Position numbers and translations under genes: made by a program. Below are positions 42,601-57,600 of a DNA stretch of 64,000 bases, piece by piece. Each line of letters starts with the position of its first letter. Position 1 is the stretch's first letter. This stretch comes from Naegleria gruberi (taxonomy: Eukaryota), in the NCBI GenBank assembly GCA_000004985.1, contig GG738882.1. One strand, written 5' to 3'. A model generated the notes under the pieces. That model was not told the origin of the DNA. It made no database searches and saw only the letters and a list, made by a program, of their open reading frames with translations.

Positions 42601-45600
42601 TGTAACTTCAAATTTGACTGTCTTGACAGTTTGCTCTTGAGAGAATGAGCTCTTTACTGTAACTTGAACCAAATAAGAACCAACACTAAGAGTTTCTGCT
42701 GTGAATGAAACACCAGAGCTAGTAACTGAAGCGAGGAGATTATCAACCTTTTCATCATCATCTGGGGTTGGAGCTTCAATGTTTGTCCAAGAGAAGAGAA
42801 GCTTTCTTCTATCCAAAGATACAGAACCAGATGCATCCAAATAGATACTACCACAAGCCTTTGAGATGGATGCCTTGTCAGTAGTCAATACAGCAGCAGG
42901 AGCAATACTTTGATATTCCTTCTTATTAACAAGAACATCTTCTGTTTCTTCACTATCAAGATAACTTCTGAACTTTAAGGTATCTCCAATATTAATTGTA
43001 GCCATAGAACCGAGGACAATTTGGAATACATTCTTTTCGTTAAAGATACAAACAGGATTGGATCCCAATGAATCAACATTGGCAATAACACTAGAACACT
43101 TGATTCTCTTCTTGATTGGTGTGAAAATTGTACCAACAATAGAGTCACCCTTTTCAGTGAAACCAAATGTTGTTTCATCAACCTTATAATCACACTTATC
43201 ACCGTACCAACCTGGTAAACAAGATTCACAGCTGGCACCAATTGAATTACCTTGACATGAGCATGTACCATCCTTATTACAAGTACCCTTTGAATTACAA
43301 TTAACTGAAGCAGAACAAGCAATTTGACAATTATCACCAACATAACCATCCTTACAAGTATTACAGAATTCTCCTACCCAATTGCTACCAGCACTACAGA
43401 CACACTTGAATTCAGAATTACAAGTACCATGACTATTACAAGTAAATTCATCAGAACATGTTCTTTCTAAACATCCTTCACCAGTGTATGCAGGAGTACA
43501 AATTGAACAATACTTTTGAGGGTCATAATTTCCACTACATGAACAAACACCGGATGAAATACATTTACCCTTAGAAGAACAAACAAATGAAGTGTTGGAA
43601 CGGTCAATACCATCACACTTAAAGTTTTGACAACTTGATCCATCATAACCATCATTACATTTACAAACTGGAACACCATTTTCAGCAACACAACTACCTC
43701 TACCACCACAAACACTCTTATCAGTTGCGGTAATACCATTACAAATTGCAATATCACATGTTGGACCAGTAAATCCATTCTTACATTTATCACAATAAGT
43801 ACCAGCAAAATTACCCAAACAAGAACAAGTATTTGGTGAAACACATTGACCACGGAATGAACAGCCACCTTCAGTTTCAGTCTTACCATTACAAGTTGGT
43901 GTAGAACAGTCATAACCTGAATAACCATTTTGACATTTACACAAGTTAGGAGAATCACAGGTACCCTTTGATGAACAAGCATCAGAAGCAGTACTTTCCT
44001 TTCCGTAACAGATTGGAGATTGACAATAACTTCCTGTATAACCTTGCTTACATGAACAAGTATCTTGATCAACACATGAACCCTTACCAGAACAAACTCC
44101 AGTTGCAGAGTATTCCTTTCCAAAACATGTAGTATTTGGTGGTAAATAACTGCCATAGTAACAATTTGAGGTTGGCAATGTGGAACAATCAGTTGTGAAC
44201 AAGTCAGGATGAGTAACTTCATTGTTGAGAATAATAGAGCAAACACCTGAACACCATTGCTTTTCTTCTGGAACACCCAAAGCTGAAGGATTACATGGAG
44301 TGAATGATTGATAGCACAAGAATTTCTTAATGGCTGCTTTACAATCGTCTCCACATTCAAGACCTCTACTCTCAACTTGTTTCAATACTTCAGAGTAGTT
44401 AGTACTGGTAGTTTGATCCAATTTCAACAAATTAGCAACAATCATGGTCTTGGCTTCAACGGCATTAGTGGCACCTACTGCAAAATTAGTATTCTTAATA
44501 CTGTACTTGACATGAGCCTTACAGAATGGAACGGATACAGATGGAGCAGAAATACAAGCTGGAGTGAGTGTGTAAATATTACATTCATCACCATAGTATT
44601 CTGGAGGACAAACACGCTTACATTTACCACTTGTCATTGAATAACCAGAAATACAAGATGAACATGGTTGACTAGTATTAGTAGTGAGATAGCCAGTGTT
44701 ACAGATACAAGTTGTAGTTGATGATGTAGTATCAACATATTGACATACACCTTGTCCACAACCATTCTTACAAACTGGATCAGTTCTTACACAGGTACCA
44801 AACTTGTTGACATAACCTGCTGATGTAGAACAAGAGCAACCAGTGGTTGCCTTGGAGAAACCTAACAATGAATTACAAACACAAACACCTGCCTTGGAAA
44901 GATAACCTTGAGTGGTATCACAATAGCATGATCCTTCATTGTCTGGCAAGTAACCCAAATCAGCATTACAGACACAAGCGTTTGAAACATTGACCAAACC
45001 AACTGGACAAGCAGTACATGGATTTGTACTGTCAACAGTGATAAACTTATTTCTACATTCACAATATCCAATAGTGGTATTAGTCTTGAAGAAACAATCA
45101 CCATTTGATCCACAATTCAAATCACACTTGACAAGAGGAGTAATACATTGACCATCCTTTAGAGTTAATCCTTCTTTACAGACACATCCTCCGGAAACTT
45201 CATCAGAAACAAATCCAAGTGAGCTATCACAGACACATTTTCCATCAGAGAGAACAAATCCAGATTTACACTTTTGACAATTTGAGCCAGCAAAGTTATT
45301 GAAACAATTACAGAGTTGGTTACCCTTAGCGTCCTTAGTACATTCACCATTAGCACCACAATTCAAAACGCATGGTTTAACTTCACAGAGTGAACCGCTA
45401 TAATTATCAGTACAATTACAATAGGCAGTTCCTGTTGTGTTGACACAAGTACCATGTTGACAATCGAGAGTACATGGAGCAATGGTACATTGAGTTCCCT
45501 TGAATCCTTGATAACAAGTGCAAGTATCAATTCCACTACAGCTTCCCATTCCTGAACAAACTGAAACATTATTCATTGAAATTCCGTAGCAGGTANNNNN

Positions 45601-48600
45601 NNNNNNNNNNNNNNNNNNNNNNNNNNNNNNNNNNNNNNNNNNNNNNNNNNNNNNNNNNNNNNNNNNNNNNNNNNNNNNNNNNNNNNNNNNNNNNNNNNNN
45701 NNNNNNNNNNNNNNNNNNNNNNNNNNNNNNNNNNNNNNNNNNNNNNNNNNNNNNNNNNNNNNNNNNNNNNNNNNNNNNNNNNNNNNNNNNNNNNNNNNNN
45801 NNNNNNNNNNNNNNNNNNNNNNNNNNNNNNNNNNNNNNNNNNNNNNNNNNNNNNNNNNNNNNNNNNNNNNNNNNNNNNNNNNNNNNNNNNNNNNNNNNNN
45901 NNNNNNNNNNNNNNNNNNNNNNNNNNNNNNNNNNNNNNNNNNNNNNNNNNNNNNNNNNNNNNNNNNNNNNNNNNNNNNNNNNNNNNNNNNNNNNNNNNNN
46001 NNNNNNNNNNNNNNNNNNNNNNNNNNNNNNNNNNNNNNNNNNNNNNNNNNNNNNNNNNNNNNNNNNNNNNNNNNNNNNNNNNNNNNNNNNNNNNNNNNNN
46101 NNNNNNNNNNNNNNNNNNNNNNNNNNNNNNNNNNNNNNNNNNNNNNNNNNNNNNNNNNNNNNNNNNNNNNNNNNNNNNNNNNNNNNNNNNNNNNNNNNNN
46201 NNNNNNNNNNNNNNNNNNNNNNNNNNNNNNNNNNNNNNNNNNNNNNNNNNNNNNNNNNNNNNNNNNNNNNNNNNNNNNNNNNNNNNNNNNNNNNNNNNNN
46301 NNNNNNNNNNNNNNNNNNNNNNNNNNNNNNNNNNNNNNNNNNNNNNNNNNNNNNNNNNNNNNNNNNNNNNNNNNNNNNNNNNNNNNNNNNNNNNNNNNNN
46401 NNNNNNNNNNNNNNNNNNNNNNNNNNNNNNNNNNNNNNNNNNNNNNNNNNNNNNNNNNNNNNNNNNNNNNNNNNNNNNNNNNNNNNNNNNNNNNNNNNNN
46501 NNNNNNNNNNNNNNNNNNNNNNNNNNNNNNNNNNNNNNNNNNNNNNNNNNNNNNNNNNNNNNNNNNNNNNNNNNNNNNNNNNNNNNNNNNNNNNNNNNNN
46601 NNNNNNNNNNNNNNNNNNNNNNNNNNNNNNNNNNNNNNNNNTTTGACAAGTACAATTATTTGGGGATGAGCAAAAACCTTTTCCTGAACAAACATTTCGA
46701 TCATTGTAGAGAGAAATTGAACAGTTGTGGAATTGACAATTCTCACCATAATATCCATCTTGACATGTACAATTATTTGGAAGTGCACATAAACCATGAC
46801 CACTACAAACCAATGAAGAAGTTGATGGAATAGAGGAACAGTTAAATAATTTACAAGTTTCTCCATAATAGTCCAATTGACATTCACACTTATTTGGTTG
46901 AGAACATTTACCATTACCAGAACAAGCTGATGAATCATCATAACGTACAGATGAACAATTATACAATTCACAATTATTTCCATAATAGCCTGCATTACAT
47001 TTACAAGTATCTAAATCAACACATGAACCATGGCTGGAACAAACATCTCTTGAATCAGCATAGGTGTTATCACAACTTGGAATTTCACAATTATTTCCCT
47101 TAAATCCACCGTTACACTCACAAACATCAATATCAGTACATTTACCATTACCACTACAAACCATAGTAGAATTTGATGGAACAGATTTACAATTATACAC
47201 TTCACATGACTTTCCATAATAACCACCCTCACAAGAACATTGATTTGGAGCAATACAAGGACCTCTTGATGAACATACAGAATTTTCATTCTTGTAAGTG
47301 CCATAACAATCAAATTGAGAACAATCCTTGCCATAGTATCCTTCTTTACATGAACATTGATCTGGAGCAATGCAGCTTCCCAAACCAGAACATACAAGTT
47401 TGTCATCTGAAACAATGCCGAAACACTTTGGTTTTTCACAAGCAGTACCAGAGTAGATTGCTTCAAAGGTAGAATTTCCAGATTGGAAGCAAACCTTTCC
47501 AGCATAATTGAACAATGCTAATACACCATCATTTTCAAGAACCAAAGTAAATGGATGACTAATTCCAGAGTCAGAACATGTTACAAATTTGTTAGGAGAG
47601 TATCTAACATCAGATCCATCTTTTGGTGATTCACCAATGAACAATAATTGACCAAGAGCTGAGACTTCAATACGAACATTATTAGCCTCAACATTCCATT
47701 CACTAACAACTTCTCCAGTTGAAACCTTCTTAATCTTGATGTAGGTTAATTCAACAAGGAGTACATATTGTCCATTATTAGAAACCAATGAAGAATTTCC
47801 ATTCACAGCCACAACATTCAAAGCACTTGAAATGAATGAATTGCTTGAATTGAAACCACCACAAGAACAAGTACTTGGTGAAACGCAGAAACCTTGTCCA
47901 GAGCAAACTTGGGCATCATTATTGAAAACGCCAGAACATGTAAAGACTGCACAGGATTCACCTTCAAAACCAGCTTTACAGGAACAATTGTTATGGGAAA
48001 GACACTTGCCATTTCCGCTACATGCAGAATTATCGAGTGAATTGACATTGAAACAGTCGAACTTTTCACATTGTTCACCATATTCATTGTTCAAACATTT
48101 ACAACTGTTCGGAGCTGTACAAACACCTTTACCTGAAGTACAAGCTTTGGAATCATCAAAGGAAAGACCGAAACATTCGTATTTTTCACATTTAACACCA
48201 TAATATCCTTCAGGGCAAGAACAATTATCTGGTGAAATACATGAACCAACTCTGGAGCATGGTGATTCACTGACAGAAATATTGTAACAATAGTAATTTT
48301 CACAACGATCTCCAGAATATCCTGGTTGACAAAGACACGAGTTAGGACTATCGCACACTCCATGGCCTGAACAAACAGTGCTATTGGAGCTTGAAAGAGC
48401 GTAACAATCATGGAATTGGCATTCAGGTCCATAATATCCGTCTAAACATTCACATTTTCCAGGTTGAGTACAGTTACCATTTCTAGAACAAGCATTGACA
48501 TCACCAGCAGCAAAGTTGTAACATTGTGGAATATTACAATTCGATCCACTATAATGCAAAGAGTCAGTTGAGTTGAATTCTACACTGGCAAAACAAACTG

Positions 48601-51600
48601 AACCCATAATATTGTAAACAACTAGGGAACCATCGTTTTGCAATACCATCCTGAATGGAGCAGTAGAAGAGCTACAAACAGGAACAAAATCTGGAACATA
48701 TTTGACAGCACTAGTAGTGTTATCCTTTTCTAAAATTCCGTTGAATGTAACGATGCCACTATTTGAAATTTCAATAGTGATATTATTGAATAGGAAATCC
48801 CACTTCTTAGCAACCACACCAGACATGGCATTTTCGATAGAAACAAAGTTAGTTCCAATCGAAAGCAAATACTTTCCATTGGCTGACTTTAAGGTTTGAC
48901 CTTCTTCCAAGACAATGCTGGAATGATTGGTTGAAATACTGTTATCAGCAGAGAGATCCAAACACAAACAAGTATCAATATCTTTACACAAACCTCTTCC
49001 TTCACAAACATTTGGATCACTATTCAAAACACCATTACACTTGTAATTATTACACATTTCGCCTTCATAAGATTTCTTACATTGACAAACGTTTGGAGAA
49101 ATACATTGACCAAAACCACTGCAAGTAGAAGGACTCTTTGAATCGACACCAAAGCAATCATATTTTTCACATTCAACACCATAGTATCCACTCTTGCATT
49201 TACAATTATTTGGACTCTTACATTCACCATTTAATGAACATGATTCATTGCTTGATTTACCATAACAGTAATAGGTTTCACACATCTGGCCAGAGTATCC
49301 TTCATGGCAAGAGCAATTATCATGAGCAATGCATTTACCAGACGAAGAGCAAACTGTTCCCTGCTCAGCATCAATATCAAAACAAGAGTAAATGGAACAA
49401 TCACTGCCTCCATATCCACTTTCACAAGAACAGTTATTAGGAGAAATACATGATCCTCTGGAGGAACATACAGAGCTGTCACTCATTAAAATACCATTAC
49501 AGTCATAGTGCTGACAATATGCTCCATAATATCCTTCTTCACATGAGCAATTATTAGATGAAGAGCACACACCATGTGATGAGCAAGCCATTGAGCTGTT
49601 AGAAAGTACTCCATAGCAAACTGGAATTTCACAAACAGCACCTCCATAGAGTTGACTGAATTGAGTTTGATTACTTGATTGATAACAAATATCACCTCTA
49701 GAATTGAACAATAACAATGTTCCTAAATCATCAAGAACCAATTTGTAATAAGAAGAAACTTTCCAATTCTTGCATTCTTCTGATTGGAATTGTCCAATAA
49801 TCAGAACGCCCCTATCACTAACATAAATGCTAGAAGCTTCCCAAGAGGAAATGACAGCACCATTACTAGTATCAACAATGATTGTAGAGTTTTCAGTGAT
49901 ATTCAATTGGAATTTTCCATTGGAAGAAATCAAAACTGATTCAAAAACTGATGTTGCATTATTTAGCAAGTAACTATTAGAGGAAGAAAGCCAATTACAT
50001 GAACATTCATCTTGAGCAACACAGAAGCCATGTCCAGAGCAAATATTACTATCATTATTAGCGATTCCACCACAAGAATATATTTCACAATTTTCACCAT
50101 AATAACCTGGTTGACATTTACAACTATTAGGGGCAGCACATTGTCCACGAGCTCCACAAACATCAGCCATTGATTTTTCAATACCACCACAATCATAGAA
50201 TTGACAATTATTTCCATAGTAACCATCTGCACATTCNNNNNNNNNNNNNNNNNNNNNNNNNNNNNNNNNNNNNNNNNNNNNNNNNNNNNNNNNNNNNNNN
50301 NNNNNNNNNNNNNNNNNNNNNNNNNNNNNNNNNNNNNNNNNNNNNNNNNNNNNNNNNNNNNNNNNNNNNNNNNNNNNNNNNNNNNNNNNNNNNNNNNNNN
50401 NNNNNNNNNNNNNNNNNNNNNNNNNNNNNNNNNNNNNNNNNNNNNNNNNNNNNNNNNNNNNNNNNNNNNNNNNNNNNNNNNNNNNNNNNNNNNNNNNACT
50501 TGTGGTACAGTAATAGAGTTCACAATTCAAACCTTGGTATCCATCTTTACATTTACATACATTTGGTTCAGAACAGTTACCCATTCCAGAACAAACACTT
50601 GGTTTCAATCTAGAAATACCATCACAATCAAAGATGTTACATTCATCTCCATAGTAGGATTGAGAACAAACACAGGTATCTGGAGCAACACATGAACCAC
50701 TTCCTGAACAAACCTTCGAATCATTGAATTCAATGCCATAACAGAGAGGAGTATTACAAATTTCACCACCATATTGAATCGTGAATTTTACATTTTCATC
50801 AGCATTGGTTTCAAAACAAATATCACCTACAGGTCCGTAAGTAATAAGTTTACCATTATTTTGAAGAACAAATCTATATGGATGACCAATTTGACTATTT
50901 GCACATTCTTGATTGAGGGTAACATTATCACCAAGAGAAAGAATACCCAAATCAGAAATTAGTAAAGCCAGTGAATCAGAACTATTTGTCTTGAATTCAT
51001 AAACAATAGAACCAGTAAGAGTATTTTCAACTCTTAAGGAATCAGTAGTGATGAAAGCTCTATAATTTCCATTATTGGAAACAATTGAAGTATTCATTGA
51101 GAGAACAAGATTGTTTTCCAATGATGAAATAATAGTATTGTTCTCAGAAGCATCAATGCAGGTACATGTGTCAATTGCAGAACAAATACCTCTTCTTGAA
51201 CAAACAGATGAATCAGTGTTTGGTAGTCCTTGACAGGTGAACGTCAAACATTGATCTCCAGTGTATCCAGCAGTGCAATTACAAGTATTTGGTGAAACAC
51301 ATGAACCGTGACGTCCACAGACTTCACTAGAGTTAAAGGCTATACCATAACAATCGTGGTTTTCACAATTATTGCCATAGTAACCATTTTGGCATTTACA
51401 ATTATTTGGAGCCACACATGATCCCATTCCAGAGCAAACATTTGATTCATTCTTGTGAATTCCGTCACATTCAAAATGTTCACACTCATTTCCGTAATAT
51501 CCATTCAAGCATGAACAATTGTTTGGAGCAGAACATGATCCAAATGAAGAACAAACTGTCGAAGCTTTCAAAATCTTTCCATAACAATCATAATTTTCAC

Positions 51601-54600
51601 AATTTTCACCATAATATCCATTTTGACATTGGCACTTATTTGGTTGAGAACATGAACCTTTTCCAGAACAAACTGAGGCATCTGAGAAGACAACTCCTGA
51701 ACATTTGTGATATTGACATTCAGCACCATAGTAACCTTCTTGGCATTCACAAGTGTTTGGAGCAACACAAGAACCAAATCCTGAACAAACATTTGTATCA
51801 TTTGGAAGTTTAGAATAACAAACTTGAGCATTACATTTTTCTCCACCATAGTATTGTGTAATATTTACACTTTCACCAGTACTTTCGAAACATTTAATAC
51901 CACTAGCAGAGTACAAAACCAAAGAACCATCATCAACCAATTGTAATCTGAAAGGATGATCAAAGATATTGCACTTTGTGTTATCATTCAAAGTGAATGA
52001 GGCTCCCTTAGATTCGTAGGTACGATTACCATAGACAGTAATGACACCTTGAGTTGAAATTTCCAATGTTTGATTAATCAAGGAAGTTCTCCATTGTGAA
52101 ACAATTCTTCCACTAACATGTTCAACTCTAAGGAATTCATAACCGAAGGATAATGCGTATTTTCCATTAGCTGAGGTGAGAGTGCTAATACCTTCCTCAA
52201 TAGCAACATTGGATTTAGCAGAACTCATAAATGTACTGTTTTCTGTAAAGTCTTTACAAGAACAAGTATTAATTGAGGAACATATACCACTTCCAGAACA
52301 AACCTCAGAGTCAATATTTTGAACACCAAAGCATTCATAAGCTTGACAAGCATTTCCAGAGTATCCGTTATTACATTGACAATTGTCAGGAGAAGTACAT
52401 TTACCAAAACCGCTACAAGCATCAGTAGAATTGAAAACTTGATTGAAACACTTGTACCATTCACAATTATTTCCATAGTACCCCTTATCACAAGTACAAG
52501 AATCTGGTTTCAAACATGAGCCCTTTCTTTTACAAACTGAGGATTCATTGAATGCAACTCCATAACATTCAAAATAGTCACAATTTACACCACTATAGCC
52601 ACTATTACATGAACATTTGTTTGCAGAATCACATGAACCGTTTCCAGAACAAGCTGATGTTTCGTTATATAATACTCCAAAACATTCATAGAGTTCACAA
52701 TTTGCTCCACTATATCCTTGTTGACAAGTGCAGTTATTGAGAGAAACACAATCACCTCTTCCAGAGCATACTGATGAATTGACATTAATAATTCCAGAAC
52801 AAGTGTGATATTGACATTTATCACCAGTAAATCCTTCAGCACAGTTACACTTATTGACTGCAATACAAGAACCACTTGAGCTACACACATACGGATTTGT
52901 AGCCATCAAACCATGGCAAACTGGAGCATCACAATTGATGCCTCTATAACCAGCATTGGCTGCATTAGAAATGGATGATTCACTATTGTTAGTAGACCAA
53001 CAAAGTCCACTTTCTGAAATCAGTTCTAAACCAAAATCACTCAAGAATAGTCTGACTGTGCCAGATTCAGTACAACTGGCAATTGTATCTGTTTTTTGAC
53101 TAGTTACAATAATGAGAGAGTTACCACTTAATCTTAAATTTGGTTGGGAATTGTATGACCATTGTTTTCTAACTTCCATAGTAGCTGTTTCAATAACAGA
53201 AACGTTATATTTACCAACAAGTAATTGTAAGATTTGGTTTGGTGATCTTAATGTGCTGTTTTCACTCAAAACAACATTGTCATTACTAGTAATAATTGAT
53301 TCAGGAGTAATGTCCATACAAACACAAGAATCTGGTGCTGAACATACACCCCTACCTCCACAAACACTTGTGGTATTACTCTTATTGATTCCATTACAAT
53401 AATAGGTATTACAATTGCTACCACTATATCCTTGTTGGCAGTTACATGTATCTGGAGAATTACATGAACCATGATTACTGCAAACTCCATTCGTATTATA
53501 AGGAATATTGAAGCAATTATAGCTTGAACATTGCTGACCATAATAATTATTATTACATTGACATTTTTCTGGAGATTGACATGCACCCCTACCTGAACAA
53601 ACAGTAGCAGTATTCTTGAAACTAGTTCCAAAGCAATTATAATTTTCACATTGTAAGCCATAATATCCTTGTTGACATACACAGTTATCAGGACTAGAAC
53701 AAGTACCCCTTGATGAACAAGCTGAAGAAGAAGAATGGGAAACACCATAACAGGAGAAAGTTTCACAATTAGGACCAGAATATCCAGTATTACAAGTGCA
53801 GTTATCTGGTGAAGTACATGATCCTTTTCCTGAACACACAGATGCATTAGTATATAACACTCCATTGCATGTGTATTTTTCGCAATCAATACCAGTGTAT
53901 CCTGTATTACATATACAGTTGGCATTTTTACATGATCCATGTTTAGAACACACTCCTATATTATTTTCTCCTAGTGTATTACAATAGAAATTGGTACACT
54001 CTGCCCCACCTACTGAGCTAAGCAAATTTTGGTATAAGGCAGTACAAATATTACCTAGAGGATTTGCTATAACCAAGTTACCAGTATTGTCAATTACTAG
54101 ATAGAATATAGATTTATCCTTGCAAGAATATACACTTGGAGCTGATGATGTAATTGCCACAGTTTCGTGATGTCTTAAAACGCTAGGATAATTATCCAAG
54201 TAGAGGTAACCATCATAGCTGTCTATTTGAAGTGCAATGCTTCCAAATTTTTCAAGAATTAATGCACCATTAGAGGTATATAATTTGTGTCTTCCATTAG
54301 GAGATATTAAGGAAATATCAGGTTTGCTAATTCTTCCTGGGTTAATTACGAATGAATTGGTTGAAGTAATCTTTGCTTTTGAACAGTCACATTCACCAGG
54401 AGAGACACAAAATCCATTTGAGCTACAAGAAGTATTTGAAGTGGACAATTCATTGTAACAATAATAGTCAGCACAAGTACTTCCACTATATCCAGCCTTA
54501 CAAACACAGTTATCTGGTGAAGTACAAGAACCATGGCCGGAACACACAGATGCATCACTGTTTAAAACGCCATCACATGTGAACTTTTCGCAATTAGTTC

Positions 54601-57600
54601 CAAAATAACCACCGCTACAAGTACAAGCTCCTTCTGAACAATTACCTTGACCTGAACAGACACTACGACTGGTCTCCAGTACTCCATTACATTTAGTCAA
54701 TTCACAATCTGTACCTGCATATACATTTAACACTGCAAGGTTGATTGCAGAACAAATATAAGATCCTTGATAAACAACCAAGTTTCCAGTATTTTCTAGT
54801 ACAAGCGTATATTGAGAATTACGATCACAAGAATAAGAAGTAGAAGTAAGAGAGGTAATAGTTAACTGTTGATGAACATCGGACAACACAAGCAAATGAT
54901 CAGAAACATATAAATATTTGTTGTCTGTAGCCTGCTTGAAAAGAAATTGTTGAATTGTTTCACCTTTTCGTTTCAAGTCAAAGGATTGAGTTCCTGATTG
55001 GAATTTGTATTTTTCATTTGTGGAAGTGAGTGCAAAATCTGAATACTGGTTACCATGGCTCATTTTGTAATGGTTTTGATTGACGCCACCTATTAGCTTT
55101 AGTGTGCTACATTCACATTTATCAATATCATAACATTGGCCATTACCTGAACATGAAAGAGGAGATGAGTAGAGAACTCCACTACAGTGGTAATCAGAAC
55201 ACCATGTGCCACTGTATCCTGTTTTACATGAACATGTATTCTTATCAATGCAAGAACCATGTCCTGAACACACACTAGTAGAGGTATTTAAAATGTTATT
55301 ACAAGTGTACAAGTGACATTCAATACCTCCTAACCCAGTTGGACAAGTGCAACTTTCTGTACTGTCACATTTTCCAATACCACCACAGACAGTAGGGTCT
55401 GAATGGTTCTTTCCATTGCAGTACCAATTGTCACAAGTAGGTCCCGAATATCCATATTGACAATGACAAGTATCAGGAGCAAAACAGTAACCTTTGCGAC
55501 TGCAAACAGAACTATCGCTGTTTGCCTTTCCGTGACAATAATAGGTTCCACAGGTGGTTCCAGTATAGTTTGCCTTACATGTACACACATTTGGAGTTAA
55601 GCATTCTCCATTTCCATTGCAGGCATTACCATTTGTATCGAGTGGACATTTTGTAATTTCACAATAATCTCCAAAATAGCCATCCTCACACTTGCAAGAA
55701 TTTACGCCAATGCAAGTACCACGCGAACTACAAACGGATGAATTTGTTGGAGAAATTCCATTGCATGTAAATGTTTCACAGTTTGATCCATTAACCAAAG
55801 ATTGTGTGGTACTTTCTGCAACGTAATAACTATCTTTTGTTGATGCATAACATTTACTTCCATATCTATCTCTTGTAACCAATTGACCATTATTTTCAAG
55901 ATTCACCGTAAATGGATATCCATAACATGGATAAGTTTCCACCGTGTAAGGCATGTTTCCATAATCACCCTCAAAAGTAGGTTTTCCCAAAGCATCCAAA
56001 AAAAGTTTTGTTGAATAGTAATTATTATATATCGCCCAAATAACAGATCCTGTTTTGAGATTATAAACAAATGCGTTAGAATAATTTGGGAAACTGAATT
56101 TGTATTTTCCATTTGGTGAATACAAGGCAACACCAGAAGAATCAACTTGGAAAAAGGAATCTGACTTTGACAATGCGTAAGTTCGGGATTTAGTAGGTAC
56201 ATCAGCACATTTACATGTATCATAGCTAGTACAATAACCTTGTCCAGAACAGACTGCAGATAAATTGGTAGCACTTACTCCAAAACATGTGTAATTTTCA
56301 CATGCAATTCCTGAATGACCAAAGTTGCATTGACAATTATTTGGAGAAACACATTTACCATTATAAGAACACGAAATTGGCAATGAACTGTCATAGCCGT
56401 TACAAGCAAACTTTTCACATCTAGTGCCACTATAACCAGCTGTACAATTACAAGTATTTGGAGCAATACATTGACCTCCAGATGAACAAACTGTTGAGGA
56501 ATTCCAAGCAATACCAAAACATGCTTGTATTTCACAAGATTCTCCAATGTGACCATCTTTACATTGACATGTGTTTGGTTTAGTACATGAACCTAATCCA
56601 GAACAAACTGAACTATCGTTATGCTCGTATCCAAAACAGTCAAAATATTCACAAACATCTCCATAGTAACCTGGCAAACATGAACAATTGTTTGGTGATG
56701 TACATTGTCCATGTGCTGAACATACCGAACTATTGGTAGAGAAAATATTATTACACTCATACTTTTCACATGTAATTCCATAATATCCAGGTTGACATTG
56801 GCAATTATCAGGTTCAACACAAGTACCATGAGATGAGCAAACCAAAGATGAATCAAATGGAGTACCATAACAATTTGAAAGTTGGCAATTATTTCCAAAA
56901 TAGGAGGAATTAAATGTACTGTTTGAACCAGTTGAGTAACAAACATGTCCAAGATGATAATTAACTAGCAAGAGATCACCATTATTAGTGAGAACAATTC
57001 TGAATGATCCTCCAGCACAGTCTATTTCTCCAAAGAGTTTAGAAGCACTTTCTTCAGTTGCATTTATGGAAATATAACCATAAACCAAAACAGTACCATT
57101 GGAATCAACTTCAATTCTTTGATTCCAAAGACCAGTTGACCAAGTTTTCATAATACTGTTTCCAGAAGTTATCATAATTTTGTTGTCTTGAATAATGAAT
57201 TGATATTTTCCATTAAGGGAATACAATTCACTGCCGTTCATCATTACAGTAGAATTACCATCAAAATAGAATGAATTTCTCGATACAAAATCAAAACAGG
57301 TACACTTATTTGGAGAAATGCAAACACCCTTTCCAGAACAAACATTTTCATCGTTTCTATTCAAACCATCACATTCGAATTCAGTGCAATTATCTCCGTA
57401 ATATCCTGTATTACATTGACAAGTATCAACTGCAATACATGAGGCAAAAGCTGGACAAGCATCAGGTGAGAATCTCGAAATACCGTTACATGCCCATTCT
57501 TGACAATTACTACCAGAATATCCTGGCTTACATTCACAGTTATCAACATGAGTACAATTACCAAAACCAGAACAAACCATACTCGAATTTGCACTCACTC

